DNA from: Azolla caroliniana
Taxonomy: Eukaryota > Plantae > Polypodiophyta
DNA length: 26,597 nucleotides
Reading direction: 5' to 3'
NCBI GenBank assembly: GCA_043228905.1
Contig: JBHGNT010000423.1
Coordinates: 1-26,597 of the forward strand
Positions 13,036 to 23,912 of the stretch are shown piece by piece. Position 1 is the first letter of the stretch. Every line of letters starts with the position of its first letter. A model generated the notes under the pieces. It saw only the letters and a list, made by a program, of their open reading frames with translations. It ran no database searches and was not told the DNA's origin. The translations under genes and the position numbers were made by a program.

Positions 13036-16000
13036 CGAAGCTAACAATGCTAGCAATGATATAGAATTAAAAAACTAGGATTTTGAAACCCAGGTCGAGA
13101 GACATGAGGAAATTAGCTTATTTGAGGATGGAGTTGAGAAGAGCTAGTGAGTAATTTAAAATGTTCATATCTGGCTCGTGTGATATCGGATTTTTGTGTT
13201 CAAACATGCGAATCGAAGCTAACAATGCTAACTATGTTATAGAATTAAAAATTCATGATTTTGAAAGCCAGGTCGAGAGACATGAGGAAATTAGCTTATT
13301 TGAGGATGGAGTTGAGAAGAGCCAATGAGTAAATTAAAATGTTCATACCTCGGTCGTGTGATATCGGATATTTGTGTTCAAACATGCGAAACGAAGCTAA
13401 CAACGCTAGCTATGATATAGAATTAAAAAACCAAGATTTTGAAACTCAGGTCGAGAGACATGAGGAAATTAGTTTATTTGAGGAGGTAGTAGAGAAGAGT
13501 GCGTCAGTAAATTAAAATGTTCATATCTGGCTCGTGTGATATCGGATTTCTGTGTTCAAACATGCGTATCGAAGCTAACAACGCTAGCTATGATATAGAA
13601 TTAAAAAATAAAATTTTGAAACCTAGGTCGAGAGACATGAGGAAATTAGCTTATTTGAGGATGGAGTGGAGAAGAGCTAGTGAGTAAATTAAAATGTTTA
13701 TACCTGCCTCGTGTGATATCGGATTTCTGTGTTCAAACATGCGAAACGAAGCAAACAACGCTAGCTATGATATAGAATTAAAAATTCAAGATTTTCAAAC
13801 TTAGGTCGAGAGACATGACGAAATTATCAAATTTGAGGATGGAGTGGAGAAGAGCGAGTGAGTAAATTAAAATGCTCATACCTGGGTCGTGTGATATCGG
13901 ATTTCTGTGTTCAAACATGCGAATTGAAGCTAACAATGCTAGCTATGATATAGAATTAAAAAACCAAGATTTTGAAACCCAGGTCGAGAGACATGAGGAA
14001 ATTAGCTTATTTGAGGATGGAGTTGAGAAGAGCTAGTGAGTAATTTAAAATGTTCATATCTGGCTCGTGTGATATCGGATTTTTGTGTTTAAACATGCGA
14101 ATCGAAGCTAACAATGCTAGCTATGTTATAGAATTAAAAATTCAAGATTTTGAAACTCAGGTCGAGAGACATGACTAAATTCGCAAATTTGAGGAGGTAG
14201 TAGAGAAGAGTGTGTGAGTAAATGAAAATGTTCATACCTGTTTCTTGTGATATCGGCTTTCTGTGTTTAAACATGCGAATCGAAGCTAACAATGCTAGCT
14301 ATGATATAGAATTAAAAAATCAAGATTTTAAACCCCAGGTGGAGAGACATGAGGAAATTAGCTTATTTGAAGATGGAGTTGAGAAGAGCCAATGAGTAAA
14401 TTAAAATGTTCATACCTGTCTCGTGTGATATCGGATTTTTGTGTTCAAACATGCGAAATGAAGCTAACAATGCTAGCTATGATATAGAATTAAAAATTCA
14501 AGATTTTGAAACTCAGGTCGAGAGACGTGAAGAAATTAGGTTATTTGAGGAGGTAGTGGAGAAGAGTGTGTCAATAAATTAAAATGTTCATACCTGTCTC
14601 TTGTGATATCGGCTTTCTGTGTTCAAACATGCGAAACGAAGCTAACAACGCTAGCTATGATATAGAATTAAAAATTCAACATTTTGAAACCCAGGTCGAG
14701 AGACATGAGGAAATTAGCTTATTTGAGGATGAAGTTGAGAAGAGCCAGTGAGTAAATTAAAATGTTTATACCTGGCTCGTGTGATATCGGGTTTCTATGT
14801 TCAAATATGCGAAACGAAGCAAACAACGCTAGCTATTATATAGAATTAAAAAATCAAGATTTTCAAACTCAGGTCGAGAGAGATGACGAAATTATCTAAT
14901 TTGAGGAGGTAGTGGAGAAGAGTGTGTCAGTAAATTAAAATGTTCATACCTGGGTCGTGTGATATCGGATTTTTGTGTTCAAACATGCGAATCGAAGCTA
15001 ACAATGCTAGCTATGATATAGAATTAAAAAACCAAGATTTTGAAACCCAGGTCGAGAGACATGACGAAATTAGCTTATTTGAGGATGGATTTGAGAAGAG
15101 ACAGTGGTGTAATTTAAAATGTTCATATCTGGGTCGTGTGATATCGGATTTTTGTGTTCAAACATGCGAAACTAAGCAAACAACGCTAGCTATGATATAG
15201 AATTAAAAAATCAAGATTTTGAAACTCAGGTCGAGAGACATGAGGAAATTAGGTTATTTGAGGAGGTAGTAGAGAAGAGTGCGTCAGTAATTTAAAATGT
15301 TCATATCAAACATGCGAATCGAAGCTAACAATGGTAGGTATGATATAGAATTAAAAAATCAAGATTTTGAAACTCAGGTCGAGAGACATGAGGAAATTAG
15401 CTTATTTGAGGATAGAGTTGAGAAGAGCTAGTGAGTAAATTAAAATGTTCATACCTGGCTCGTGTGATATCGCATTTCTGAGTTCAAACATAAGAAACGA
15501 AGCTAACAATGCTAGCCAGTGATATATAATTAAAAAATCAAGATTTTGAAACCCAGGTCGAGAGACATGAGGAAATTAGCTTATTTGAGGATGGAGTGGA
15601 AAAGAGCCAGTGAGTAAATTAAAATGTTCATACCTGGTTCTTGTGATATCGGATTTCTATGTTCAAACATGCGAATCGAAGCTAACAATACTAGCTATGA
15701 TATAGAATTAAAAATTCAAGATTTTGAAAGCCAGGTCGAGAGACATGAGGAAATTAGCTTATTTGAGGATGAAGTTGAGAAGAGCCAATGAGTAAATTAA
15801 AATGTTCATACCTCGGTCGTGTGATATCGGATTTCTGTGTTCGAACATGCGAAACGAAGCTAACAACGCTAGCTATGATATAGAATTAGAAATTCAAGAG
15901 TTTGAAACTCAGGTCGAGAGACATGAGAAAATTAGCTTATTTGAGGAGGAAGTGGAGAAGAGTGCGTCAGTAAATTAAAATGTTCATATCTGGCTCGTGT

Positions 16001-16579
16001 GATATCGGATTTCTGTGTTCAAACATGCGAATCGAAGCTAACAACGCTAGCTATGATATAGAATTAAAAATTCAAGATTTCGAAACTCAGGTCGAGAGAC
16101 ATGAGGTAATTACCTTATTTGAGGAGGTAGTAGATAAGAGTGGGTCAATAAATCGAAGCTAACAACGCTAACAATGCTAGCTATGATATAGAATTAAAAA
16201 ACCAAGATTTTGAAACTCAGGTCGAGAGACATGAGGAAATTAGCTTATTTCAGGAGGTAGTGGAGAAGAGTGTTCAAACATGCGAATCGAAGCTAACAAT
16301 GCTAGCTATGTTATAGAATTAAAAATTCAAGATTTTGAAACTCAGGTCGAGACTCATGACTAAATTCGCAAATTTGAGGAGGTAGTAGAGAAGAGTGTGT
16401 CAGTAAATTAAAATGTTCATACCTGTTTCTTGTGATATCGGCTTTCTGTGTTCAAACATGCGAATCGAAGCTAACAATGCTAGCTATGATATAGAATTAA
16501 AAAATCAAGATTTTCAACTCCAGGTGGATAGACATGAGGAAATTAGCTTATTTGAGGATGGAGTTGAGAAGAGCCAATG

Positions 16580-17335
16580 AGTAAATTAAAATGTTCATAC
16601 CTGGCTCGTGTGATATCGGATTTTTGTGTTCAAACATGCGAAATGAAGCTAACAATGCTAGCTATGATATAGAATTAAAAATTCAATATTTTGAAACTCA
16701 GGTCGAGAGACATGAGGAAATTAGGTTATTTGAGGAGGTAGTGGAGAAGAGTGTGTCAGTAAATTATATTGGTCATACCTGGCTCGTGTGATATCGGATT
16801 TTTGTGTTCAAACATGCGAATCGAAGCTAACAATACTAGCTATGATATAGAATTAAAAAATCAAGATTTTGAAACTCAGGTCGAGAGACATGAGAAAATT
16901 AGCTTATTTGAGGATGGAGTTGAGAAAAGCGAGTTAGTAAATTAAAATGTTCATACCTGGCTCGTGTGATATCGGATTTTTGTGTTCAAACATGCGAAAT
17001 GAAGCTAACAATGCTAGCTATGATATAGAATTAAAAATTCAATATTTTGAAACTCAGGTCGAGAGACATGAGGAAATTAGGTTATTTGAGGAGGTAGTGG
17101 AGAAGAGTGTGTCAGTAAATTATATTGGTCATACCTGGCTCGTGTGATATCGGATTTTTGTGTTCAAACATGCGAATCGAAGCTAACAATACTAGCTATG
17201 ATATAGAATTAAAAAATCAAGATTTTGAAACTCAGGTCGAGAGACATGAGAAAATTAGCTTATTTGAGGATGGAGTTGAGAAAAGCGAGTTAGTAAATTA
17301 AAATGTTCATACCTGGCTCGTGTGATATCGGATTT
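16580..17335. repeat. Apparently perfect 356-bp (dimer) tandem duplication
   Basis: AGTAAATT anchors at 16580, 16936 and 17292; shared private variant ATTCAATATTTTG; the ORF track gives identical 66-aa peptides at 16591 and 16947 (offset 356). Confidence 0.9.
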
Positions 17336-18664
17336 CTGTGTTCAAACATGCGAAATGAAGCAAACAACGCTAGCTATGATGTAGAATTAAAAAATCGAGA
17401 TTTTGAAACTCAGGTCCAGAGACATGACGAAATTAGAAAATTTGAGTAGGCAGTGCAGAAGAGTGTGTCAGTAAATTAAAATGTTCATACCTGGCTCGTG
17501 TGATATCGGATTTCTGTGTTCAAACATGCGTATCGAAGCTAACAACGCTAGCTATGATATAGAATTAAAAATTCAAGATTTTGAAACTCAGATCGAGAGA
17601 CATGAGGTAATTACCTTATTTGAGGAGGTAGTAGAGAAGAGTGGGTCAGTAAATTAAAATGTTCATATCTGGCTCTTGTGATATCGGATTTTTGTGTTGA
17701 AACTTGCGAATCGAAGCTAACAATGCTAGCCAGTGATATAGAATTAAAAATTCAAGATTTTGAAACTCAGGTCGAGACACATGCTGAAATTAGCTTATTT
17801 GAGGATGGAGTGGAGAAGAGCGAGTGAGTAAATTAAAATGTTCATACCTGGCACTTGTGATATCGGATTTCTATGTTCAAACATGCGAAATGAAGCTAAC
17901 AATGCTAGCTATGATATAGAATTAAAAAATAAAGATTTTGAAACCCAGGTCGAGAGACATGAGGAAATTAGCTTATTTGAGGATGGAGTGGAGAAGAGCT
18001 AGTGAGTAAATTAAAATGTTTATACCTGGCTCGTGTGATATCGGATTTATTTGTTCAAACATGCGAAACGAAGCAAACAACGCTAGCTATGATATAGAAT
18101 TAAAAGATCAAGATTTTCAAACTCAGGTCGAGAGACATGAGGAAATTAGTTTATTTGAGGATGGAGTGGAGAAGAGCTAGTGAGTAAATTAAAATGTTTA
18201 TACCTGGCTCGTGTGATATCGGATTTCTGTGTTCAAACATGCGAAATGAAGCAAACTACGCTAGCTATGATATAGAATTAAAAGATCAAGATTTTCAAAC
18301 TCAGGTCGAGAGACATGACGAAATTATCAAATTTGAGGAGGTAGTGGAGAAGAGTGTGTCAGTAAATGAAAATGTTCATACCTGGGTCGTGCGATATCGG
18401 ATTTCTGTGTTCAAACATGCGAATCGAAGCTAACAATGCTAGTTATGATATAGAATTAAAAAACCAAGATTTTGAAATCCAGGTCGAGAGACATGAGGAA
18501 ATTAGCTTATTTGAGGATGGAGTTGAGAAGAGCCAGTGAGTAATTTAAAATGTTCATATCTGGCTCGTGTGATATCGGATTTTTGTGTTCAAACATGCGA
18601 ATCAAAGCTAACAATGCTAGCCAGTGATATATAATTAAAAAATCAAGATTCTGAAACCCAATTC

Positions 18665-21170
18665 GAGAGACATGAGGAAATTAGCTTATTTGAGGATGGA
18701 GTTGAGAAGAGCCAATGAGTAAATTAAAATGTTCATACCTCGGTCGTGTGATATCGGATATTTGTGTTCAAACATGCGAAACGAAGCTAACAACGCTAGC
18801 TATGATATAGAATTAAAAAACCAAGATTTTGAAACTCAGGTCGAGAGACATGAGGAAATTAGTTTATTTGAGGAGGTAGTAGAGAAGAGTGGGTCAGTAA
18901 ATTAAAATGTTCATATCTGGCTCGTGTGATATCGGATTTCTGTGTTCAAACATGCGTATCGAAGCTAACAACGCTAGCTATGATATAGAATTAAAAAATA
19001 AAATTTTGAAACCCAGGTCGAGAGACATGAGGAAATTAGCTTATTTGAGGATGGAGTGGAGAAGAGCTAGTGAGTAAATTAAAATGTTTATACCTGCCCC
19101 GTGTGATATCGGATTTCTGTGTTCAAACATGCGAAACGAAGCAAACAACGCTAGCTATGATATAGAATTAAAAAATCAAGATTTTCAAACTCAGGTCGAG
19201 AGACATGACGAAATTATCAAATTTGAGGAGGTAGTGGAGAAGAGTGTGTCAGTAAATTAAAATGTTTATAGCTGGGTCGTGTGATATCGGATTTCTGTGT
19301 TCAAACATGCGAATCGAAGCTAACAATGCTAGCTATGATATAGAATTAAAAAACCAAGATTTTGAAAACCAGGTCGAGAGACATGAGGAAATTAGCTTAT
19401 TTGAGGATGGAGTTGAGAAGAGCTAGTGAGTAATTTAAAATGTTCATATCTGGCTCGTGTGATATCGGATTTTTGTGTTCAAACATGCGAATCGAAGCTA
19501 ACAATGCTAGCTATGTTATAGAATTAAAAATTCAAGATTTTGAAACTCAGGTCGAGACTCATGACTAAATTCGCAAATTTGAGGAGGTAGTAGAGAAGAG
19601 TGTGTCAGTAAATTAAAATGTTCATACCTGTTTCTTGTGATATCGGCTTTCTGTGTTGAAACATGGGAATCGAAGCTAACAATGCTAGCTATGATATAGA
19701 ATTAAAAAATCAAGATTTTCAACCCTAGGTGGAGAGACATGAGGAAATTAGCTTATTTGAGGATGGAGTTGAGAAGAGCCAATGAGTAAATTAAAATGTT
19801 CATACCTGGCTCGTGTGATATCGGATTTTTGTGTTCAAACATGCGAAATGAAGCTAACAATGCTAGCTGTGATATAGAATTAAAAATTCAAGATTTTGAA
19901 ACTCAGGTCGAGAGACATGAGGAAATTAGCTTATTTGAGGATGGAGTTGAGAAGAGCCAATGAGTAAATTAAAATGTTCATACCTCGGTCGTGTGATATC
20001 GGATTTCTGTGTTCAAACATGCGAAACGAAGCTAACAACGCTAGCTATGATATAGAATTAAAAAACCAAGATTTTGAAACTCAGGTCGAGAGACATGAGG
20101 AAATTAGTTTATTTGAGGAGGTAGTAGAGAAGAGTGCGTCAGTAAATTAAAATGTTCATATCTGGCTCGTGTGATATCGGATTTCTGTGTTCAAACATGC
20201 GTATCGAAGCTAACAACGCTAGCTATGATATAGAATTAAAAAATAAAATTTTGAAACCCAGGTCGAGAGACATGAGGAAAATAGCTTATTTGAGGATGGA
20301 GTGGAGAAAAGCTAGTGAGTAAATTAAAATGTTTATACCTGCCTCGTGTGATATCGGATTTCTGTGTTCAAACATGCGAAACGAAGCAAACAACGCTAGC
20401 TATGATATAGAATTAAAAAATCAAGATTTTCAAACTCAGGTCGAGAGACATGACGAAATTATCAAATTTGAGGAGGTAGTGGAGAAGAGTGTGTCAGTAA
20501 ATTAAAATGTTCATACCTGGGTCGTGTGATATCGGATTTCTGTGTTCAAACATGCGAATCGAAGCTAACAATGCTAGCTATGATATAGAATTAAAAAACC
20601 AAGATTTTGAAACCCAGGTCGAGAGACATGAGAAACTTAGCTTATTTGAGGATGGAGTTGAGAAGAGCTAGTGAGTAATTTAAAATGTTCATATCTGGCT
20701 CGTGTGATATCGGATTTTTGTGTTCAAACATGCGAATCGAAGCTAACAATGCTAGCTATGTTATAGAATTAAAAATTCAAGATTTTGAAACTCAGGTCGA
20801 GACTCATGACTAAATTCGCAAATTTGAGGAGGTAGTAGAGAAGAGTGTGTCAGTAAATTAAAATGTTCATACCTGTTTCTTGTGATATCGGCTTTCTGTG
20901 TTCAAACATGCGAATCGAAGCTAACAATGCTAGCTATGATATAGAATTAAAAAATCAAGATTTTCAACCCCAGGTGGAGAGACATGAGGAAATTAGCTTA
21001 TTTGAGGATGGAGTTGAGAAGAGCCAATGAGTAAATTAAAATGTTCATACCTGGCTCGTGTGATATCGGATTTTTGTGTTCAAACATGCGAAATGAAGCT
21101 AACAATGCTAGCTATGATATAGAATTAAAAATTCAAGATTTTGAAACTCAGGTCCAGAGACATGAGGAAA
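18665..21170. repeat. Second 7-monomer HOR (1245-bp unit, about 2 copies, more diverged than the first)
   Basis: Offset 1245 between CCTCGGTCG at 18738/19983 and between GACTCATGACTAAATTCGC at 19556/20801. Boundaries are approximate. Confidence 0.85.
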
Positions 21171-23596
21171 TTAGGTTATTTGAGGAGGTAGTGGAGAAGA
21201 GTGTGTCAGTAAATTATATTGGTCATACCTGGCTCGTGTTATATCGGATTTTTGTGTTCAAACATGCGAATCGAAGCTAACAATACTAGCTATGATATAG
21301 AATTAAAAAATCAAGATTTTGAAACTCAATTCGAGAGACATGAGAAAATTAGCTTATTTGAGGATGGAGTTGAGAAAAGCGAGTTAGTAAATTAAAATGT
21401 TCATACCTGGCTCGTGTGATATCGGATTTCTGTGTTCAAACATGCGAAATGAAGCAAACAACGCTAGCTATGATATAGAATTAAAAAATCGAGATTTTGA
21501 AACTCAGGTCCAGAGACATGACGAAATTAGAAAATTTGAGGAGGAAGTGGAGAAGAGTGTGTCAGTAAATTAAAATGTTCATACCTGGCTCGTGTGATAT
21601 CGGATTTTTGTGTTCAAACATACGAATCGAAGCTAACAACGCTAGCTATGATATAGAATTAAAAATTCAAGATTTTGAAACTCAGGTCGAGAGACATGAG
21701 GTAATTATCTTATTTGAGGAGGTAGTAGAGAAGAGTGGGTCAGTAAATTAAAATGTTCATATCTGGCTCTTATGATATCGGATTTTGAAACCCAGGTCGA
21801 GAGACATGAGGAAATTAGCTTATTTGAGGATGGAGTGGAGAAGAGCTAGTGAGTAAATTAAAATGTTCATACCTGCCTCTTGTGATATCGGATTTCTGTG
21901 TTCAAACATGCGAATCGAAGCTAACAATGCTAGCCAGTGATATAGAATTAAAAAATCAAGATTTTGAAACTCAGGTCGAGAGACATGAGGAAATTAGCTT
22001 ATTTCAGGATGGAGTGGAGAAGAGCCAGTGAGTAAATTAAAATGTTCATACCTGAGTCGTGTGATATCGGCTTTTTGTGTTCAAACATGCGAATCGAAGC
22101 TAACAATGTTAGCTATGATATAGAATTACAAATTCAAGATTTTGAAACTCAGGTCCAGAGACATGACGAAATTTGAAAATTTGAGGAGGCAGTGGAGAAG
22201 AGTGTGTCAGTAAATTAAAATGTTCATACCTGGCTCGTGTGATATCGGATTTTTGTGTTCAAACATGCGAATCGAAGCTAACAACGCTAGCTATGATATA
22301 GAATTAAAAATTCAAGATTTCGAAACTCAGGTCGAGAGACATGAGGTAATTACCTTATTTGAGGAGGTAGTAGATAAGAGTGGGTCAATAAATCGAAGCT
22401 AACAACGCTAACAATGCTAGCTATGATATAGAATTAAAAAACCAAGATTTTGAAACTCAGGTCGAGAGACATGAGGAAATTAGCTTATTTCAGGAGGTAG
22501 TGGAGAAGAGTGTTCAAACATGCGAATCGAAGCTAACAATGCTAGCTATGATATAGAATTAAAAATTCAAGATTTTGAAACTCAGGTCGAGAGACATGAG
22601 GAAATTAGCTTATTTGAGGATGGAGTTGAGAAAAGCCAATGAGTAAATTAAAATGTTCATACCTGGCTCATATGATATCGGATTTCCGTGTTCAAACATG
22701 CGAATCGAAGCTAACAACGCTAGCTATGATATAGAATTAAAAATTCAAGATTTTGAAACCCAGGTCGAGAGACATGAGGAAATTAGCTTATTTGAGGATG
22801 GAGTGGAGAAGAGCTAGTGAGTAAATTAAAATGTTTATACCTGGCTCGTGTGATATCGGATTTCTGTGTTCAAACATGCGAAACGAAGCAAACAACGCTA
22901 GCTATGATATAGAATTAAAAAATCAAGATTTTCAAACTCAGGTAGAGAGACATGACGAAATTATCAAATTTGAGGAGGTAGTGGAGAAGAGTGTGTCAGT
23001 AAATTAAAATGTTCATACCTGGGTCGTGTGATATCGGATTTCTGTGTTCAAACATGCGAATCGAAGCTAACAATGCTAGCTATGATATAGAATTAAAAAA
23101 CCAAGATTTTGAAACCCAGGTCGAGAGACATAAGGAAATTAGCTTATTTGAGGATGGAGTTGAGAAGAGCCAGTGAATAATTTAAAATGTTCATATCTGG
23201 CTCGTGTGATATCGGATTTTTGTGTTCAAACATGCGAATCGAAGCTAACAATACTAGCTATAATCTAGACTTAAAAAATCAAGATTTTGAAACCGAGGTC
23301 GAGAGACATGAGAAAATTAGCTTATTTGAGGATGGAGTTGAGAAAAGCGAGTTAGTAAATTAAAATGTTCATACCTGGCTCGTGTGATATCGGATTTCTG
23401 TGTTCAAACATGCGAAACGAAGCAAACAACGCTAGCTATGATATAGAATTAAAAAATAAAGATTTTGAAACCCAGGTCGAGAGACATGAGAAAATTAGCT
23501 TATTTGAGGATGGAGTGGAGAAGAGCTAGTGAGTAAATTAAAATGTTTATACCTGGCTCGTGTGATATCGGATTTCTGTGTTCAAACATGCGAAAC

Positions 23597-23601
23597 GAAG
23601 C
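23597..23601 (+). other. Predicted left copy of the 5-bp target site duplication (GAAGC)
   Basis: The five bases before the LTR TG; copia elements typically make 5-bp TSDs. The right copy lies outside the window. Confidence 0.55.
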
Positions 23602-23643
23602 TGTTGGGATTTCGGTCCCTCCGGATGGGATGTCCAGAGATGA

Positions 23644-23828
23644 ATGACGGCAAGCCCGGTTGCGGTTACGGAGCCGGATGACGAATGTACCCGGAGAGAG
23701 ATCCGGATGACGGCAAGCCCGGTTCCGGTTACGGAGCCGGAGGATGAAGACCCTGGCTACGGAGCCGGATGCTGAAGACCCCGGTTACGGAGCCGGATGA
23801 CGAATGTACCCGGAGAGAGATCCGGATG
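23644..23828 (+). repeat. U3 modular direct repeats (63-bp and 28-bp periods; exact 47-bp repeat)
   Basis: CGGTTACGGAGCCGGA-like cores at 23663, 23726, 23754 and 23782; exact 47-mer at 23663-23709 and 23782-23828; ATGACGGCAAGCCCGGTT at 23644 and 23707. Confidence 0.92.
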
Positions 23829-23904
23829 CGGGGACATATTTGTGAATATGTTTTGCCAAGAGCCCTTGAGGCTATATTTGTAAATAGCCCGAAAGTCATA
23901 TGTG

Positions 23905-23912
23905 TATAAATA
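23905..23912 (+). promoter_or_regulatory. LTR TATA box (TATAAATA)
   Basis: Consensus TATA downstream of the U3 repeats, at the expected position within the LTR. Confidence 0.75.

Larger units (their letters stand above)
1..23601. repeat. 178-bp tandem satellite array (about 133-135 monomers, head-to-tail), putatively centromeric/pericentromeric
   Basis: Seen: the monomer AAAATGTTCATACCTGGCTCGTGTGATATCGGATTTCTGTGTTCAAACATGCGAATCGAAGCTAACAATGCTAGCTATGATATAGAATTAAAAAATCAAGATTTTGAAACTCAGGTCGAGAGACATGAGGAAATTAGCTTATTTGAGGATGGAGTTGAGAAGAGCCAATGAGTAAATT (178 nt, counted) recurs continuously, with 177/179-bp and truncated variants. The array extends beyond the left edge. A centromeric role is inferred only from monomer length and HOR structure. 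Confidence 0.98.

Noticed and set aside
2459-22402. Repeated 60-86-aa ORFs (MFIPGSCDIGFLCSNMR..., MSKLKCSY...)
   Set aside because: Chance read-through of the satellite. 178 is not a multiple of 3, most monomers have stops or indels, and there is no recognisable domain.
1-23601. CRISPR-like or other repeat-spacer array
   Set aside because: There are no unique spacers, the whole monomer is repeated, and no cas genes are present; the context is a plant genome.
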